Part shown: positions 43,582 to 55,246 of the stretch, piece after piece
How positions within the stretch are numbered: position 1 is the first letter of the stretch
Layout of the letters: each line of letters opens with the position of its first letter
Assembly: GCA_963732095.1 (NCBI GenBank)
Contig: CAVSZA010000022.1
Coordinates: forward strand, 117,167 to 181,166
DNA: 64,000 nt
Direction: 5' to 3'
Source of the DNA: an uncultured Alphaproteobacteria bacterium
GTDB taxonomy: Bacteria; Pseudomonadota; Alphaproteobacteria; ATCC43930; CGMCC-115725
Notes under the pieces: generated by a model
Databases searched by the model: none
What the model saw: only the letters and a program-made list of their open reading frames with translations
Told to the model about the DNA's origin: nothing
Program-made: the position numbers and the translations under genes

Positions 43582-44510
43582 TGATAGCGCAGCACGGCGT
43601 CGATCGCGACGCGATTGGCCTCGATGCCGTACGGCCACCAGTCGTCACCGAGAACCTCTCGATCGTCCTCGATCAGCTTGGTGAGCCACGGCAGCATCAT
43701 GGTCATGTTGTTGAAGGTCATGCCCGTCACATATTGCGCTGCCATCTGGTCCTTGGCTGCGCAAAACCCCCTGTAGACAGCCTTCACCAGCTCGGGCTGT
43801 TCGATAGCGAGTTCGCGTGTGACGACGACAGCGTGCATGATCGGAAAGATCCCGGTACGTCGGTAATAATCGCGCTCGACCGCCTCATAATCCTCGAACA
43901 GCCGGCCGACCTTCGGCGACTTCTCCAGTACGGCCTTCGGCACGTCGGCCGAGATCAGCGCATCAATCTCGCCCGCCTCCAGCATTGCGCCGAGATCGAC
44001 GCCTTTGCCGGCATATTCCACCTCTACCCCGTCGGGCACCGGACGCGGCACGAAGTCAACGGGATTCATGGGAAAGTCGATCCCGCCGATGATCCAGCGG
44101 CTCTGCTCGGGCTTAACGCCAAAGTCGTCGAACAGGATGCCTTTCGGTATCACGCCGGCATCGTGGCCGTAGAGCGCGAGTTCGCCGATCAGCTTACCGG
44201 CGAGGTCTCCCGGTCGTTCGATGCCGCTCGCTTTGTTGATGTAGATCGCGCCATGCCGGAACGAGCGCACCGGGAAGACCGGAATCGCCAGAAACGGCGA
44301 CTCCCCGTCCTCGAAGGTGCGCAGGAAATAGGTCATGCCGAGTTCCGACACGTCGTAGGCGCGCTGGCGGATCATTGCCTCGAAGATCTCGGGTACGATG
44401 CGGGCGGTCTGGAAGGTGGCATCGACGCCGTCTATCTTGACGGTGCCGTCCGCCAGCAGCCGGGTGCGGTCATAGTTCCAGAAGGCGATGTCGAGCTTGC
44501 GGTCGGTCAT
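43509..44510 (-). CDS. PhtD-like (4,5-dihydroxyphthalate decarboxylase family / NMT1-type periplasmic-binding fold) protein
   Basis: MTDRKLDIAFWNYDRTRLLADGTVKIDGVDATFQTARIVPEIFEAMIRQRAYDVSELGMTYFL...FLAIPVFPVRSFRHGAIYINKASGIERPGDLAGK matches the family usually annotated this way. Recollection. Confidence 0.65.
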   Translation of the reverse strand: MTDRKLDIAFWNYDRTRLLADGTVKIDGVDATFQTARIVPEIFEAMIRQRAYDVSELGMTYFLRTFEDGESPFLAIPVFPVRSFRHGAIYINKASGIERPGDLAGKLIGELALYGHDAGVIPKGILFDDFGVKPEQSRWIIGGIDFPMNPVDFVPRPVPDGVEVEYAGKGVDLGAMLEAGEIDALISADVPKAVLEKSPKVGRLFEDYEAVERDYYRRTGIFPIMHAVVVTRELAIEQPELVKAVYRGFCAAKDQMAAQYVTGMTFNNMTMMLPWLTKLIEDDREVLGDDWWPYGIEANRVAIDAVLRYHHEQGLTKRRFTIEDVFVSGLLDT

Positions 44511-44855
44511 GGCATCCTCTTTTCTGTTAATATAATCGCATTTTCATACCTAAGGTTTCAGTAAGACATTCCGGACCACCTCCTGGTAGACCACGCAATG
44601 AAAATGAATGCCCGTCAACGAGCGGATCTCGTCCGAACCCCCTGTGCCTCGCCGTCATCTCGTGGCAGCCCCAGGTCCGCGTGAAGCTCGTCGAGAAGCG
44701 TTACCGCTGCAGCGATCCTGGATGACGTTATGGTGAGATTGTCGAACCTGCCGCGGAAAACTGCTGCTTGGGGGAACGAGGTCCGGTCCGCGGAGTTCGA
44801 GTAATCGACACAACCGTGGAGCACCGCCAGGGGCCCTGGGCATGGAGCTGTTCAA

Positions 44856-45701
44856 ATGAGCACCGCGATCCGCCCTCTCGTTCTCGTGGTCGGTGCATCC
44901 GGCAAGTTCGCCGGCCACGTTGTCCCCGCTGTCGCGCAGCGGGGCGTACGCGTCCGCGGCATGGTTCGCAAACCGGAGGAACAAGCCGATGTGCGTGGGC
45001 GCGGTGCTGACGAATTAGTCGTCGCGGATCTTACGGAGCTGTCGAGCCTGAAGCGCGCCTTCGAGGACGTCGAGCGCGTATTCTAGATCGCCCCTGCCTT
45101 CATGCCGAATGAGGCGGATGTCGGTTGCCGCTTCGTCAAGGCCGCCGCCGAGGCCGGAATAAAGCGGATCGTCTTTTCCTCGGTGGTCCACCCGGTGGTC
45201 GCAGGCCTAACAAACCACATCGCCAAGGCGCCGGTCGAGGAAGCGATCCTCGACAGCGGCATCGAATACACGTTCCTCCACGCCGCGCTTTATTTCCAGA
45301 ATTTCTCCGCGGGCTGGAACGAGGTGGTGCGGACCGGTGTGCTTGCCGAGCCATGGTCATGCGACACGCGCTTCAGCCGGGTCGACTACCGGGATGTGGC
45401 CGAGGTCGCGGCGATCGCGCTCACCGAGGACTGCCTGCTCTACGGCACCTTCGAACTCGCCGCCGACGGCTGGCTCGATCGTCACGAGGTGGCGGCGCTG
45501 ATCGGCGCGGCGCTAGGCCGCGACATTCGCGCCGAGCGGATCGACCCGGCGACGCGTGGCGACGCGCCGCCGCCGATGCAGGCTATGTTCGCGCACTACG
45601 ACCGGGTCGGCCTAAGGGCCAATCCGCTTGTGCTCCGCACCGTCCTCGGCCGCGAGCCCCGCACGCTCGCCGACTTCTTTCAGGAACTCGCGGCGGCATG
45701 A
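44856..45701 (+). pseudogene. NmrA-family NAD(P)-binding protein with one in-frame TAG
   Basis: MSTAIRPLVLVVGASGKFAGHVVPAVAQRGVRVRGMVRKPEEQ...AFEDVERVF-TAG(45084-45086)-IAPAFMPNEADVGCRFVKAAAEAGIKRIVFSSVVHP... is one continuous frame (both ORF-track pieces 44856..45086 and 45102..45701 share it). Relatives have Tyr here (VFYIAP). Confidence 0.75.
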
Positions 45702-45719
45702 GCTGAACGGAGCAATGAC

Positions 45720-46815
45720 ATGACCGACCTGTTCACACCGATGGATCTGCATGGTCTTCGCCTCCCCAACCGCATCTGGATGTCGGCGATGACGCGCACG
45801 CGCGCCAGCGACGACAACGCGCCGACACCGCTGATGGCCGACTATTACGCCCAGCGCGCCGACGCCGGCCTCATCGTGACCGAGTGCACGGCGGTCTCCG
45901 AGCAGGGCAAGGGCACCATCAACGGCCCCGGCATCTGGCGGCAGGACCAGATCGCGGGCTGGCGGAGGATTACGGACGCGGTCCATGCCGCGGGCGGCCG
46001 CATTTATTGCCAGCTCTGGCACTGCGGCCGCGTTGCGCATCCTGACATGCGCGGCGGTGCATTGCCGGTCGCGCCATCGCCGCTGCCGGCCCAGGGCAGG
46101 TTCAAGTTCCCAGATCGGGAGGTAGATTTCCCCGTGCCGCGGGAGCTCACAGCCGACGAGATCCCGGCTATCATCGACGATTTCGCGAGAGCGACACGCA
46201 ATGCTCGCAACGCCGGATTCGATGGGGTCGAGCTGCATGGCGCCAATGGCTATCTTCATGACAGTTTCTGCAGGATGTCAGCAACCAACGCACTGATGAC
46301 TGGGGCGGCTCGATCGAGAAGCGCGCGCGGCTGATGCTGGAAACGGTCGATGTTATGATCGCTGCCTGGTCGGCGGAGCGGGTTGGGGTGCGACTCGGTC
46401 CCTCGATCTCGCTGTACGGCATGGGTGACAGCATCCCTTCGCCACCTTCGGCCATGTCGTGCGCGAGCTCGACCGCCGGCGCATCGGCTGCCTCACCATG
46501 CTCGAACCCAACAAGGACGATCTGGAGAAGGGCGTCGCGATCGAGAAGGTCGCGAAGACGTTCCGACCAATGACCTCGGCGCCATTCATCGCCAACACGG
46601 GTTTCAACAAGGATAGCGGCAATCAGGCGATCGAGGGCGGTGAGGCCGACGCCGTCGCCTATGGGGTGCTCTTCCTTGCCAATCCCGACCTTACCGAACG
46701 GTTCTGGCGCGATGCCCGGATGAACGAGCCCGATCCCGCTACCTTCTACGGTCGCGGACCGAAGGGCTATATCGATTATCCCGCGCTTCCTGGTCAGAAG
46801 GCGAGCGTCGGTTAA
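45720..46815 (+). pseudogene. Old Yellow Enzyme-family NADH:flavin oxidoreductase (NemA-like), two frameshifts
   Basis: Frame 0: MTDLFTPMDLHGLRLPNRIWMSAMTRTRA...LIVTECTAVS...GFDGVELHGANGYLHD. Frame 2: FLQDVSNQRTDDWGGSIEKRARLMLETVDVMIAAWSAERVGVRLGPS...GMGDS. Frame 1: DPFATFGHVVRELDRRRIGCLTMLEP...ADAVAYGVLFLANPDLTERF.... Single-base losses near 46261-46264 and 46430-46433. Confidence 0.8.
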
Positions 46816-46937
46816 CGGCTTGGGGTTCGCGGTCCGCCGCGTCCCGCGGGAAATCCGGTAGAAGATCGGCAAACACCGGGAGGGCCCGTTCGGCAACATT
46901 CGCCCATGCTATCCGCGTGTATCCAGTACTATCCCAC

Positions 46938-48485
46938 TCACTCCCACTCGATCGTGCCGGGGGGTTTGGAGGTGACGTCGTAGACGACGCGGTTGATGCC
47001 GCGCACTTCGTTGATGATGCGGGTGGCGGTGCGGCCGAGAAATTCGTGCGGGAACGGGAAGTAGTCGGCGGTCATGCCGTCGGTCGAGGTTACCGCGCGC
47101 AAGGCGCAGACGAAATCGTAGGACCGGCTGTCGCCCATCACGCCGACGCTCCTGACCGGCAGCAATACGGCGAAGGCCTGCCAGATCGCGTTGTAGAGAC
47201 CGGCGTTGCGGATCTCCTCCAGGAAGACCGCGTCGGCTTTGCGCAGGATGTCGAGCTTTGCGCGGGTGACCTCGCCGGGGATGCGGATCGCCAGACCCGG
47301 GCCGGGGAACGGGTGGCGCTCGACAAACCCGTCGGGCAGGCCCAACTCGCGGCCTAATTCGCGGACCTCGTCCTTGAACAGCTCGCGCAAGGGCTCGACC
47401 AGCCGCAATTTCATGCGCGCGGGTAGGCCGCCGACATTGTGGTGCGATTTGATCGTGACCGAGGGGCCGCCGAGCGGGCTCACCGACTCGATCACGTCGG
47501 GGTAGAGGGTGCCTTGCGCCAGGAACTCGACATTGCCGATCTTGTGCGCCTCTTCGTCGAAGACGTCGATGAAGGTGGCGCCGATGGTCTTGCGCTTTTC
47601 TTCGGGGTCGGTGAGGCCGGTGAGCTCGCCTAGGAACAGGCTGCTCGCCTCGCGATGGATCAGCGGGATATTGTAATGCCCGCGGAACAGGTCGACGACT
47701 TCATTAGCCTCGCCCGCCCGCAATAGACCGGTGTCGACAAAGATGCAGGTCAGCTGATCGCTGATCGCCTCGTGCAGCAGCACCGCCGTGACCGCGGAGT
47801 TGACCCCGCCGGAGAGGCCGCACACGACGTGTCCCCCGCCCACCTGACGGCGGATCTTGTCGATCGCCTGGCTGCGGAACAGCGCCATCGTCCAATCGCC
47901 GCGGCAGCCGGCTACCTTGTGCGTGAAGTTGCGTAGCAGCTGCGCGCCTTGCGGCGTGTGCACGACCTCGGGATGGAACAGCACGCCGTAAAAACGGCGG
48001 CTGTCGTCGGCGATCGCCGCATACGGCGCCCCATCGCTAGACGCTACCGCGCGGAAGCCGGGTGGCAAGGCATCGACCCGGTCACCATGGCTCATCCACA
48101 CCTGCTCGCGCCCGCCTTTCGGCCACAGACCGTCGAACAGCCGACATTCATCGAGGACATCGACAAAGGCCCGGCCGAATTCCTGATGCTCGCTCAACGT
48201 AACGCGGCCGCCGAGCTGGGCGCACATCGTCTGCATGCCGTAGCAGATCCCCAGCACCGGCATGCCGAGCTGGAAGACGATCTCAGGGGCGCGCGGCGAG
48301 GCGGCCTCGGTCAGCGAGGCGGGACCGCCCGACAGAATGATCCCGCGTGGGGCAAAATCGCGGACCCGATCTTCGGAAATCGTAAAGGGCTGGATCTCGC
48401 AGTAGACCCCGCTCTCGCGCACGCGGCGCGCGATCAGCTGGGTGACTTGGCTGCCGAAATCGAGGATCAGGATGCGGTCGGGCAT
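46938..48485 (-). CDS. guaA: GMP synthase (glutamine-hydrolysing)
   Basis: The real start is ATG 48485 ([34 protein letters not shown]). The upstream 134 codons of ORF 46938..48887 overlap rsmB and are Arg/Pro shadow. GATase (GICYGMQ), ATP-PPase (LSGGVNSAV), C-terminal ...KPPGTIEWE. Confidence 0.95.
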   Translation of the reverse strand: MPDRILILDFGSQVTQLIARRVRESGVYCEIQPFTISEDRVRDFAPRGIILSGGPASLTEAASPRAPEIVFQLGMPVLGICYGMQTMCAQLGGRVTLSEHQEFGRAFVDVLDECRLFDGLWPKGGREQVWMSHGDRVDALPPGFRAVASSDGAPYAAIADDSRRFYGVLFHPEVVHTPQGAQLLRNFTHKVAGCRGDWTMALFRSQAIDKIRRQVGGGHVVCGLSGGVNSAVTAVLLHEAISDQLTCIFVDTGLLRAGEANEVVDLFRGHYNIPLIHREASSLFLGELTGLTDPEEKRKTIGATFIDVFDEEAHKIGNVEFLAQGTLYPDVIESVSPLGGPSVTIKSHHNVGGLPARMKLRLVEPLRELFKDEVRELGRELGLPDGFVERHPFPGPGLAIRIPGEVTRAKLDILRKADAVFLEEIRNAGLYNAIWQAFAVLLPVRSVGVMGDSRSYDFVCALRAVTSTDGMTADYFPFPHEFLGRTATRIINEVRGINRVVYDVTSKPPGTIEWE

Positions 48486-49864
48486 GGATGGCGCTCGAAG
48501 ATCGCAACAAAAAAGCCGTCGGTGCCGTGCTGGGCGGGGGTCAGCCGAAGATAATCCTCCCCGCCTGGCGAGGCGCCGCCGATCGTCGCTCCCCACGCGC
48601 GCGCGACGGGCAGCAGCGAGAAATCCGGCTCCGCGGCGAGAAACGCCTCGGCCTGCTCCTCGTCTTCCTCGCGCAGCAATGAGCAGGTCGCGTAGAGGAG
48701 GCGCCCGCCGGGTCGGACGAGGCGCGCGGCGCTGCGCAGGATCAGCTGTTGGCGTTCTATGAGTTCGGCCAGGTCCTCGGGGCGCATGCGCCATTTGGCG
48801 TCGGGGTTGCGGCGCCAAGTGCCGGTGCCCAGGCAAGGGACGTCGGCGAAGACTCGGTCGAAGCCGGCTTTGTGATGCTTTACCCATTTATCGCGCTCGC
48901 CGCTCAACGCACGGCGCTCCACATTGGTAACGCCGGCTCGGCGCAGCCGGCGCGCTGCGCGATCGAGGCGGGGCTGCGACACTTCACAGGCGACGAGCTT
49001 GCCACGGTTGTCCATGCCGGCCGCCAGTGCCAAGGTCTTGCCGCCCGCCCCGGCGCAGAAGTCGACGACCCGCATCCCGGGTCTCGCATCGGCGAGAAGC
49101 GCAGCGATCTGTGAGCTTTCGTCCTGCACCTCGACGAGGCCCTGCTTGAAGGCGGCCAGCTTGCCGAGCGGCACCCGCTCACGCAGGCGCAGCCCGAGCG
49201 GCGATAACGGTGTCGGCTCCGCGGCAATGCCCTCAGCGTCAAGCGCGCGGCGAGCCGTCTCGCGGTCGCCTTTGAGCAGATTGACTCGCAAATCGGTCGG
49301 CGCGGGACCATTGAGGGCCGCCATCTCGTGTTCCAGCCCCTTGCCGAACACCCGCTCCAGATACGGCTCGAGCCACTTCGGCAAATCATTGGCCACCGCC
49401 CGCGGCATCTCCGGGTGGCGCAAGGTCCGGGTCGCGAGATCGCGGATGAAGCCTTCTTCGGTGTGATCCAGCCGAGCCGGACGAAAGCGGTCGCTGTCAC
49501 AGCATGCGAGGATCGCGTCGGGTCGCCATCCCTCGACCAGAACCAAGCCGGCCAAGACGCGGCTGCGGGATCCGGTCGGGACCCGATGCTTCGCAATCCA
49601 CCAGTCGAGCGCCGCTCTATGCCGCAGCACAGCATAGACGTGGCCGGCGATGCGCGCCCGGTCCTTGGCGCCGATGTAGCGCCGCCGACGAAAGTATTCG
49701 GCCGCGATATCGTCGGCCGGACGATCTTCGGTATCGATCGCCGTAAGAATGTCGATCGCGGCGGCGACCTGTGCCCCGGGCGTCAAGGGGCGACTGCGGT
49801 TCGTGGACTCAACGGTCCTGCGGGTAGTTGGGAGCTTCGCGGGTGACGGCGACGTCGTGGACAT
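48467..49864 (-). CDS. rsmB: RsmB/NOL1/NOP2/Sun-family RNA m5C methyltransferase
   Basis: SAM motif [16 protein letters not shown], catalytic [20 protein letters not shown] and [11 protein letters not shown] 49864 overlaps guaB by 56 nt. An alternative TTG at 49786 ([14 protein letters not shown]) would avoid the overlap. Confidence 0.85.
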   Translation of the reverse strand: MSTTSPSPAKLPTTRRTVESTNRSRPLTPGAQVAAAIDILTAIDTEDRPADDIAAEYFRRRRYIGAKDRARIAGHVYAVLRHRAALDWWIAKHRVPTGSRSRVLAGLVLVEGWRPDAILACCDSDRFRPARLDHTEEGFIRDLATRTLRHPEMPRAVANDLPKWLEPYLERVFGKGLEHEMAALNGPAPTDLRVNLLKGDRETARRALDAEGIAAEPTPLSPLGLRLRERVPLGKLAAFKQGLVEVQDESSQIAALLADARPGMRVVDFCAGAGGKTLALAAGMDNRGKLVACEVSQPRLDRAARRLRRAGVTNVERRALSGERDKWVKHHKAGFDRVFADVPCLGTGTWRRNPDAKWRMRPEDLAELIERQQLILRSAARLVRPGGRLLYATCSLLREEDEEQAEAFLAAEPDFSLLPVARAWGATIGGASPGGEDYLRLTPAQHGTDGFFVAIFERHPCPTAS

Positions 49865-51272
49865 GACTTTCGCGTAACCCCGCGCCGGTGATCCGCACGA
49901 AGGTGCAGTTCTTTTGCATCTCGCGGATCGTGCGGTTGCCGGTATAGCCCATCGCTGCCCGCAACCCGCCGATCAGCTGGTGGACGATATTGCCGACCGG
50001 ACCCTTATGCGGCACCCGTCCCTCGACTCCCTCCGGCACGAGCTTCAATGTGCTGGCCACTTCCTGCTGGAAATAGCGGTCGGCCGAGCCGCGCGCCATC
50101 GCCCCGATCGAGCCCATCCCGCGGTAGTATTTGTAGCTGCGGCCCTGATAGAGAAAGACCTCGCCCGGGCTCTCGTCGGTGCCGGCGAACAGCGAGCCGA
50201 GCATCGCGCAGTCGGCCCCGGCCGCGACAGCCTTGGCGAGATCGCCGGAAAACTTGATGCCGCCATCCGAAATCACCGGCACCCCGGTCTTTCGGCATTC
50301 GGCGACAGTGTCGACGATCGCCGTGAATTGCGGCACCCCGACTCCCGCCACCATGCGGGTTGTGCAAATCGAGCCCGGACCGATGCCGACCTTGATCGCG
50401 TCGGCCCCCGCTTCGACCAAGGCCCGCGCGCCCTCCGCCGTCGCGACATTGCCGGCGATCACCTGCGTGTAGTTCGACAGCCGGCGAACCTCGCTCAGGG
50501 TGCGCAATACCCGGTCGGAGTGACCGTGCGCGGTATCGACAACCAAAACGTCGAGACCGGCGGCGAACAGCGCTTCGGCGCGCTCGATGCCCTCGCTACC
50601 GGTCCCGGTCGCCGCTGCGACCCGCAGTCGGCCATGCTCATCCTTACAGGCCGTCGGGTAGCGCTGCGCTTTCTCGATGTCCTTTACGGTTATCAGACCC
50701 ACACATCGATAGGCTTCGTCGACCACAAGCAGCTTCTCGATGCGATGTTGGTGCAGGAGACGCTTGGCGTCTTCGCGCGCAACACCCTCGCGCACGGTGA
50801 TAAGGCCGTTCCTGGTCATCAGCTCGGCGACCGGCTGGCGCGGGTCGTCGGCGAATCGCACGTCGCGGTTCGTCAGAATGCCGGCGAGCCGACCGGAGCC
50901 GCGCTCGACGACCGGGATCCCAGAGATCTTGTGGTCCGCCATCAGCCGCAGCGCGTCGGCCAACGTCTCGTCCGGGTGAATCGTGACCGGGTTTACGACC
51001 ATGCCGGCCTCGAATTTCTTGACCTTGCGGACTTCGTCGGCCTGCTGATCGACGCCCATGTTGCGGTGGATGACGCCAATTCCGCCGGTCTGCGCCATTC
51101 CGATCGCGAGCGCGCTTTCGGTCACAGTATCCATCGCCGCCGAGACCAGCGGGATACCGAGCTCGATCTCGCGGGTGAGGCGGGTCCGAGTATCGGTCTC
51201 CCCGGGCATGATCGCGGACGCCGCAGGGACGAGCATCACGTCGTCAAAGGTCAGAGCTTGCCGAATTTCCAT
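49809..51272 (-). CDS. guaB: IMP dehydrogenase
   Basis: 487 aa. [17 protein letters not shown]..., CBS pair, [14 protein letters not shown] catalytic loop, [15 protein letters not shown]. Confidence 0.95.
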   Translation of the reverse strand: MEIRQALTFDDVMLVPAASAIMPGETDTRTRLTREIELGIPLVSAAMDTVTESALAIGMAQTGGIGVIHRNMGVDQQADEVRKVKKFEAGMVVNPVTIHPDETLADALRLMADHKISGIPVVERGSGRLAGILTNRDVRFADDPRQPVAELMTRNGLITVREGVAREDAKRLLHQHRIEKLLVVDEAYRCVGLITVKDIEKAQRYPTACKDEHGRLRVAAATGTGSEGIERAEALFAAGLDVLVVDTAHGHSDRVLRTLSEVRRLSNYTQVIAGNVATAEGARALVEAGADAIKVGIGPGSICTTRMVAGVGVPQFTAIVDTVAECRKTGVPVISDGGIKFSGDLAKAVAAGADCAMLGSLFAGTDESPGEVFLYQGRSYKYYRGMGSIGAMARGSADRYFQQEVASTLKLVPEGVEGRVPHKGPVGNIVHQLIGGLRAAMGYTGNRTIREMQKNCTFVRITGAGLRESHVHDVAVTREAPNYPQDR

Positions 51273-51472
51273 CGGCGCCTCCTTTCCGATGGCGACGCAC
51301 TATACACCACAACGCCGCCGCAAGAAGAAATAGGCGCCGGCCCGTCCGGCCAGCGCCTATCACGAAGATGGTCATCCCGCCCCTTTTCGGCGAGACGCAA
51401 GAGAGCCGATTATGGTGTAGGGCTCGAGAGCCCGCGTCTGCGGTTAACGCGGGCGCTCCGGAATGCGGCTAG

Positions 51473-52246
51473 CTAGGCCTTCTTCCCGACCAGCGCGAAC
51501 ATCGCGCCCTGCGGGTCCTTGCCCTGGATGATCCAATCGCCGCCCGGCACCTGCATCGGGCCGTTGAGAATTTGGCCTCTACCGGTCTTCACGCGGTCGA
51601 CTGCCGCGTCGATATCGGCGACGTTGATGTAGTAGAGCCAGTTGGGGACCGGTACCATGGGCGGCTTGTTCATCATGCCGCCGACAGCTTGCCCGCCCAC
51701 CGAGAAGATCTGGTAAGTCCCCATTTCCCCCATATCCATTGCGTCGGCCTTCTGCCAGCCAAACAGCTCGCTATAGAACGCGAACGCCTTCTGCCAATCG
51801 GCGGCCGACAGCTCATGCCAGCTGACATGGCCCGGCGTGCCGGGCTCGGGAAGCGGCGCGTCGCAGGTGTTCGGGGAGTTGAACAGCGCAAATACCGCAC
51901 TCTGCGGATCGGCGACGACCGAAAAGCGGCCGACATTTGGAATGTCCGTCGGCGGAACATGCACGGCGCCGCCGAGCCGCTTGATTCGTTCGGCGGTGGC
52001 GTCGACGTCATCGACCGCGACATATCCGATCCAGCTCGGCGGCGCTCCCATTTTCCGGGCGTCCTCCGGCTGCGCCATCATCCCGCCGACCGGCATCTGT
52101 CCGGTGGTGAACATCGTGTAAGCCATGCCGGGAACCGGGCCGTCCTGCGTGCCCCAGCCGACCACTTTGGTATAGAAAGCCTTCGCGGCCTCGGTATCGC
52201 TCGCCATCAGCTCGTACCAAACAAAACGGCCCTTTTGATCAGCCAT
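51473..52246 (-). CDS. VOC (glyoxalase/bleomycin-resistance fold) family protein, two-domain
   Basis: Two repeats of FVWYELMASD...AKAFYTKVVGW / VSWHELSAADWQKAFAFYSELFGW, the typical VOC duplicated module. Confidence 0.8.
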   Translation of the reverse strand: MADQKGRFVWYELMASDTEAAKAFYTKVVGWGTQDGPVPGMAYTMFTTGQMPVGGMMAQPEDARKMGAPPSWIGYVAVDDVDATAERIKRLGGAVHVPPTDIPNVGRFSVVADPQSAVFALFNSPNTCDAPLPEPGTPGHVSWHELSAADWQKAFAFYSELFGWQKADAMDMGEMGTYQIFSVGGQAVGGMMNKPPMVPVPNWLYYINVADIDAAVDRVKTGRGQILNGPMQVPGGDWIIQGKDPQGAMFALVGKKA

Positions 52247-52333
52247 GTCTGCGTCTCCATGAGAGTTGGTTCGAAAAAATGCGGCCTCCCGTCGGTCAGG
52301 TTGATATCAACGCTTTGGGCTGCTCGTCAACCC

Positions 52334-53368
52334 TTACGCCCCGGCTCCGACTTTGATCGGCGCCAAGTAGGCTGCGCTGTCGTAGAGGTGACAGGCGACC
52401 AAACTGCCCCCCACATCGCTGAGGATCGGCTCCTGCTGCGCGCAGCGGCCCATGGCGTGTGGGCAACGCGGGTGGAAGCGGCACCCCGATGGAGGGTTGA
52501 GCGGGCTCGGCACTTCGCCGGGCAGGATGATCTCCTCGCGCCGCTCGTCGGGGTGGCTCGGCAACGCCGCCGAGAACAGCGCCTCGGTGTAGGGATGCTT
52601 TGGAGCGCGGGCGAGGGTACGAGCCTCGCCGCTCTCGACAATCTTGCCGAGATACATGACCACGATCTCGTGGCTCATATGCGCGACCGCGGCCAGGTCG
52701 TGGGCGATGAAAAGATACGATAGCCCGAGTTCGGCCTGCAAATCGCGCAGCAGGTTGAGGATCTGTGCCCGGATCGAGACGTCGAGGGCGGAGACCGGCT
52801 CGTCGAGCACGACGAGCTTTGGCGACAGCGCCAGAGCCCGCGCGATGGCGATGCGCTGCCGTTGCCCGCCGGAGAATTCGTGCGGGAAGAGGTCTGCGGC
52901 CCGCTCTGGTAAGCCAACGAGGTCGAGCAGTTGCAGGACGCGCCGGCGAACTTCGCTCGTCGGCGAAGACTCGTTGGTGACGAGCGGCTCGGCGATGATC
53001 GCGCTGACCCGCATGCGCGGGTTGAGCGAGGCGTAGGGATCCTGAAAGACCGCCTGGACCGATTTCCGGTAGTGCCGGCGTCCGGCACGTTTCAGTTCCT
53101 TCAGGTCCTCACCTTCGAAGCGAATCACGCCGCCGGTCGGCTCTTCCAGGCCGAGCACGAGCTTTGCCGTCGTCGTCTTGCCGCACCCGCTTTCGCCGAC
53201 GACACCGAGAGTGCGACCGCGTTCGATCGTGAAGGAGATCCCGTCGACCGCGCGCACGACGCCTCGATCGCCGCCGAAGATCCCGCGTTTCGCCTGGAAA
53301 TGCTTGCTGAGCCCCGCCGCTTCGAGAACGACCCTCACGCCGCCGCGCTCCCCGCGGCCAGCCAGCAT
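52334..53368 (-). CDS. ABC transporter ATP-binding protein (DppF/OppF type)
   Basis: Credible from [24 protein letters not shown] (ATG 53368; alternative GTG 53338 forms a GTGA overlap with the upstream stop). Walker [10 protein letters not shown], signature [15 protein letters not shown], oligopeptide C-terminal motif [11 protein letters not shown]. Confidence 0.9.
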   Translation of the reverse strand: MLAGRGERGGVRVVLEAAGLSKHFQAKRGIFGGDRGVVRAVDGISFTIERGRTLGVVGESGCGKTTTAKLVLGLEEPTGGVIRFEGEDLKELKRAGRRHYRKSVQAVFQDPYASLNPRMRVSAIIAEPLVTNESSPTSEVRRRVLQLLDLVGLPERAADLFPHEFSGGQRQRIAIARALALSPKLVVLDEPVSALDVSIRAQILNLLRDLQAELGLSYLFIAHDLAAVAHMSHEIVVMYLGKIVESGEARTLARAPKHPYTEALFSAALPSHPDERREEIILPGEVPSPLNPPSGCRFHPRCPHAMGRCAQQEPILSDVGGSLVACHLYDSAAYLAPIKVGAGA

Positions 53369-54381
53369 CGCGCCGTCCTGCCCCTCGCCTCGCTGAATTC
53401 CGGGGGAGCCGCTTCGCGGCACCGGTCGAAGGCGCGTGGGCAGCGTGGGGCAAAAGAGCATCCGGGGGGCAATGCCGCCAAATCGGGCGGCTGGCCCTCG
53501 ATCGCGATGAGCCGCTGTGAGGTGTCTGTCATCCGCGGGATCGAATTGAGCAGGGCCTCGGTATAGGGGTGGGCAGGCGAATTGAAGATCTGCGATACCG
53601 GTCCCGACTCGACGACGCGCCCGGCATACATCACCGCGAGCTGGTCGCACATCTTGGCGACGATGCCGAGATTGTGGGTGATGAAGATCAGCGCGAGGTG
53701 GTATTCCCGTTGCAGCTCGCGAAGCAGATTGAGGTATTGCGCCTGGATCGTCAGGTCGAGGCTCGTGGTCGGCTCGTCGGCGATCAACAGGCGCGGCTCG
53801 CACGAGATGCCGATGGCGCCGACGATGCGCTGGCGCATGCCGCCCGACATCTCATGCGGGTACTGCGTCACCCGGGTTTCCGGCGACGGGATGCGCACTG
53901 CCTTCAGCAGGTCTTTCGCGCGGCTCCAGGCGGTGGCGCGCGAGGCCCCGTCATGCATCCGGATCGGCTCGCCGACCTGGTCGCCGATCGTGAACAGGGG
54001 GTTCAGCGAAGCCATCGGGTCCTGCAGGATCATCGCGATCCGCTTGCCGCGCACGTGGCGCATCTCGGCATCGGATTTCTCCAGGAGATCTTCTCCGGCG
54101 AACAGCATTTTGCCGCTGACGATGCGGGCTGCCGGCGGCAGGATCCGCAGGATAGTCAGCGCCAACGTGCTTTTGCCGGAGCCGGACTTGCCGACGATCC
54201 CCAAGGTTTCGCCGGCATGAATGCGCAGCGACACGTCATCGACCGCGCGGACCACTCGGGTGCCCTGCGCCGAGACGTAATGGGTCGACAGGTTCTGCAG
54301 CTCGAGCAGCGGGGCGGCCGCTGCCGGCAGACCCCGTCGAGTTGGCTCATAACTGGCGGAGCTGGGGATCGAGCTTGACAC
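53335..54381 (-). CDS. ABC transporter ATP-binding protein (DppD/OppD type)
   Basis: Walker [10 protein letters not shown], signature [14 protein letters not shown]-terminal [14 protein letters not shown] start at 54381 is uncertain (35-nt overlap with the permease gene). Confidence 0.9.
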   Translation of the reverse strand: MSSSIPSSASYEPTRRGLPAAAAPLLELQNLSTHYVSAQGTRVVRAVDDVSLRIHAGETLGIVGKSGSGKSTLALTILRILPPAARIVSGKMLFAGEDLLEKSDAEMRHVRGKRIAMILQDPMASLNPLFTIGDQVGEPIRMHDGASRATAWSRAKDLLKAVRIPSPETRVTQYPHEMSGGMRQRIVGAIGISCEPRLLIADEPTTSLDLTIQAQYLNLLRELQREYHLALIFITHNLGIVAKMCDQLAVMYAGRVVESGPVSQIFNSPAHPYTEALLNSIPRMTDTSQRLIAIEGQPPDLAALPPGCSFAPRCPRAFDRCREAAPPEFSEARGRTARCWLAAGSAAA

Positions 54382-55240
54382 GGAGCCAGTCGCCGAGAAG
54401 GTTTGCGGAAAGAACCATCAGCATGATGCAGCAGCCCGGGAATATGGTCAGCCACCAGCGGCCGACCATCAGGCCTTGCTTGCCGTCGGAGAGCATCAGC
54501 CCCCAGGCCGGCTGAGGCGGAGGTACGCCGACCCCGAGGAAAGACAGTGTCGCTTCGGTGATGATGACGACGCCCAGCATCAGAGTGCCGAGCACGATAG
54601 CGGAGTTGATGACGTTCGGCAGGATGTGGCGCAGCATGATCGTCCATTTCGAACAGCCCGCGACAATGGCGAGGCGAACAAACTCTCGCTCCTTTAACGA
54701 CAGCACCTCACCGCGAATGACGCGCGCGTAGCGGGTCCAATAGGTAATTCCGAGAATAAGCACGATGTTCCACATGCTTGGTCCGACAATCGCAGCGAGG
54801 AAAATCGCGAAGGTCAGTGCCGGCAAGGCGAGCCAGGTGTCGGTCAGCCGCATGATGACCTGGTCGACCCAGCCGCCGAGATAGCCCGAAATAATGCCGA
54901 GTCCGGTGCCGACCACCCCGGCGAAAATCACTGCAGTGAAGCCGACGATCATCGACACTCTGGCGCCGAAGATCAGCCGCGAGAGCACGTCGCGGCCCAG
55001 CTGGTCGGTGCCGAGGAGGTATTTGGTGCTGCCGCCGGTCTGCCAGAACGGCGGTTTGAAGCGCGCGACGAGGCTGCCGACCTCAGGATTATGCGGCGCA
55101 AGCACGTTGGCGAAGATCGCGACAAAAGCGACACCAAGGAGGATCACGGTCGGGATCAGCGGAAAATCGCCGAGCCGGAACGAGACCCGACGCCAGCGCA
55201 AGCGCGGCGGCAGGACGACGGTTTCGGCTTGGGTGCTCAT
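54347..55240 (-). CDS. ABC transporter permease (DppC/OppC type)
   Basis: 297 aa, polytopic. N-terminal DppC-like segment LGTDQLGRDVLSRLIFGARVS and the EAA-loop region. Confidence 0.9.
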   Translation of the reverse strand: MSTQAETVVLPPRLRWRRVSFRLGDFPLIPTVILLGVAFVAIFANVLAPHNPEVGSLVARFKPPFWQTGGSTKYLLGTDQLGRDVLSRLIFGARVSMIVGFTAVIFAGVVGTGLGIISGYLGGWVDQVIMRLTDTWLALPALTFAIFLAAIVGPSMWNIVLILGITYWTRYARVIRGEVLSLKEREFVRLAIVAGCSKWTIMLRHILPNVINSAIVLGTLMLGVVIITEATLSFLGVGVPPPQPAWGLMLSDGKQGLMVGRWWLTIFPGCCIMLMVLSANLLGDWLRVKLDPQLRQL

Positions 55241-55246
55241 TGGCCT

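Noticed and set aside
44615-44824. 69-aa minus-strand ORF upstream of the NmrA-like gene. Its middle (FRGRFDNLTITSSRIAAAVTLLDELHADLGL) faintly resembles a degraded LysR-type HTH.
   Set aside because: The resemblance is too weak to call by eye and no SD is present. It is noted only as something a tblastx search could resolve.
2566-45086. Possibility that the five in-frame stops (TAG 2566, TAA 26259, TAA 26885, TAG 39250, TAG 45084) reflect stop-codon reassignment, programmed readthrough, or Sec/Pyl recoding.
   Set aside because: Both TAG and TAA are involved, and none is TGA. TAA clearly terminates an intact gene here (LysR at 1984-1986). Several affected genes also carry frameshifts. I see no suppressor tRNA, pyl or sel genes, or recoding structures in the window. 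Ordinary nonsense mutations or errors are the simpler explanation.
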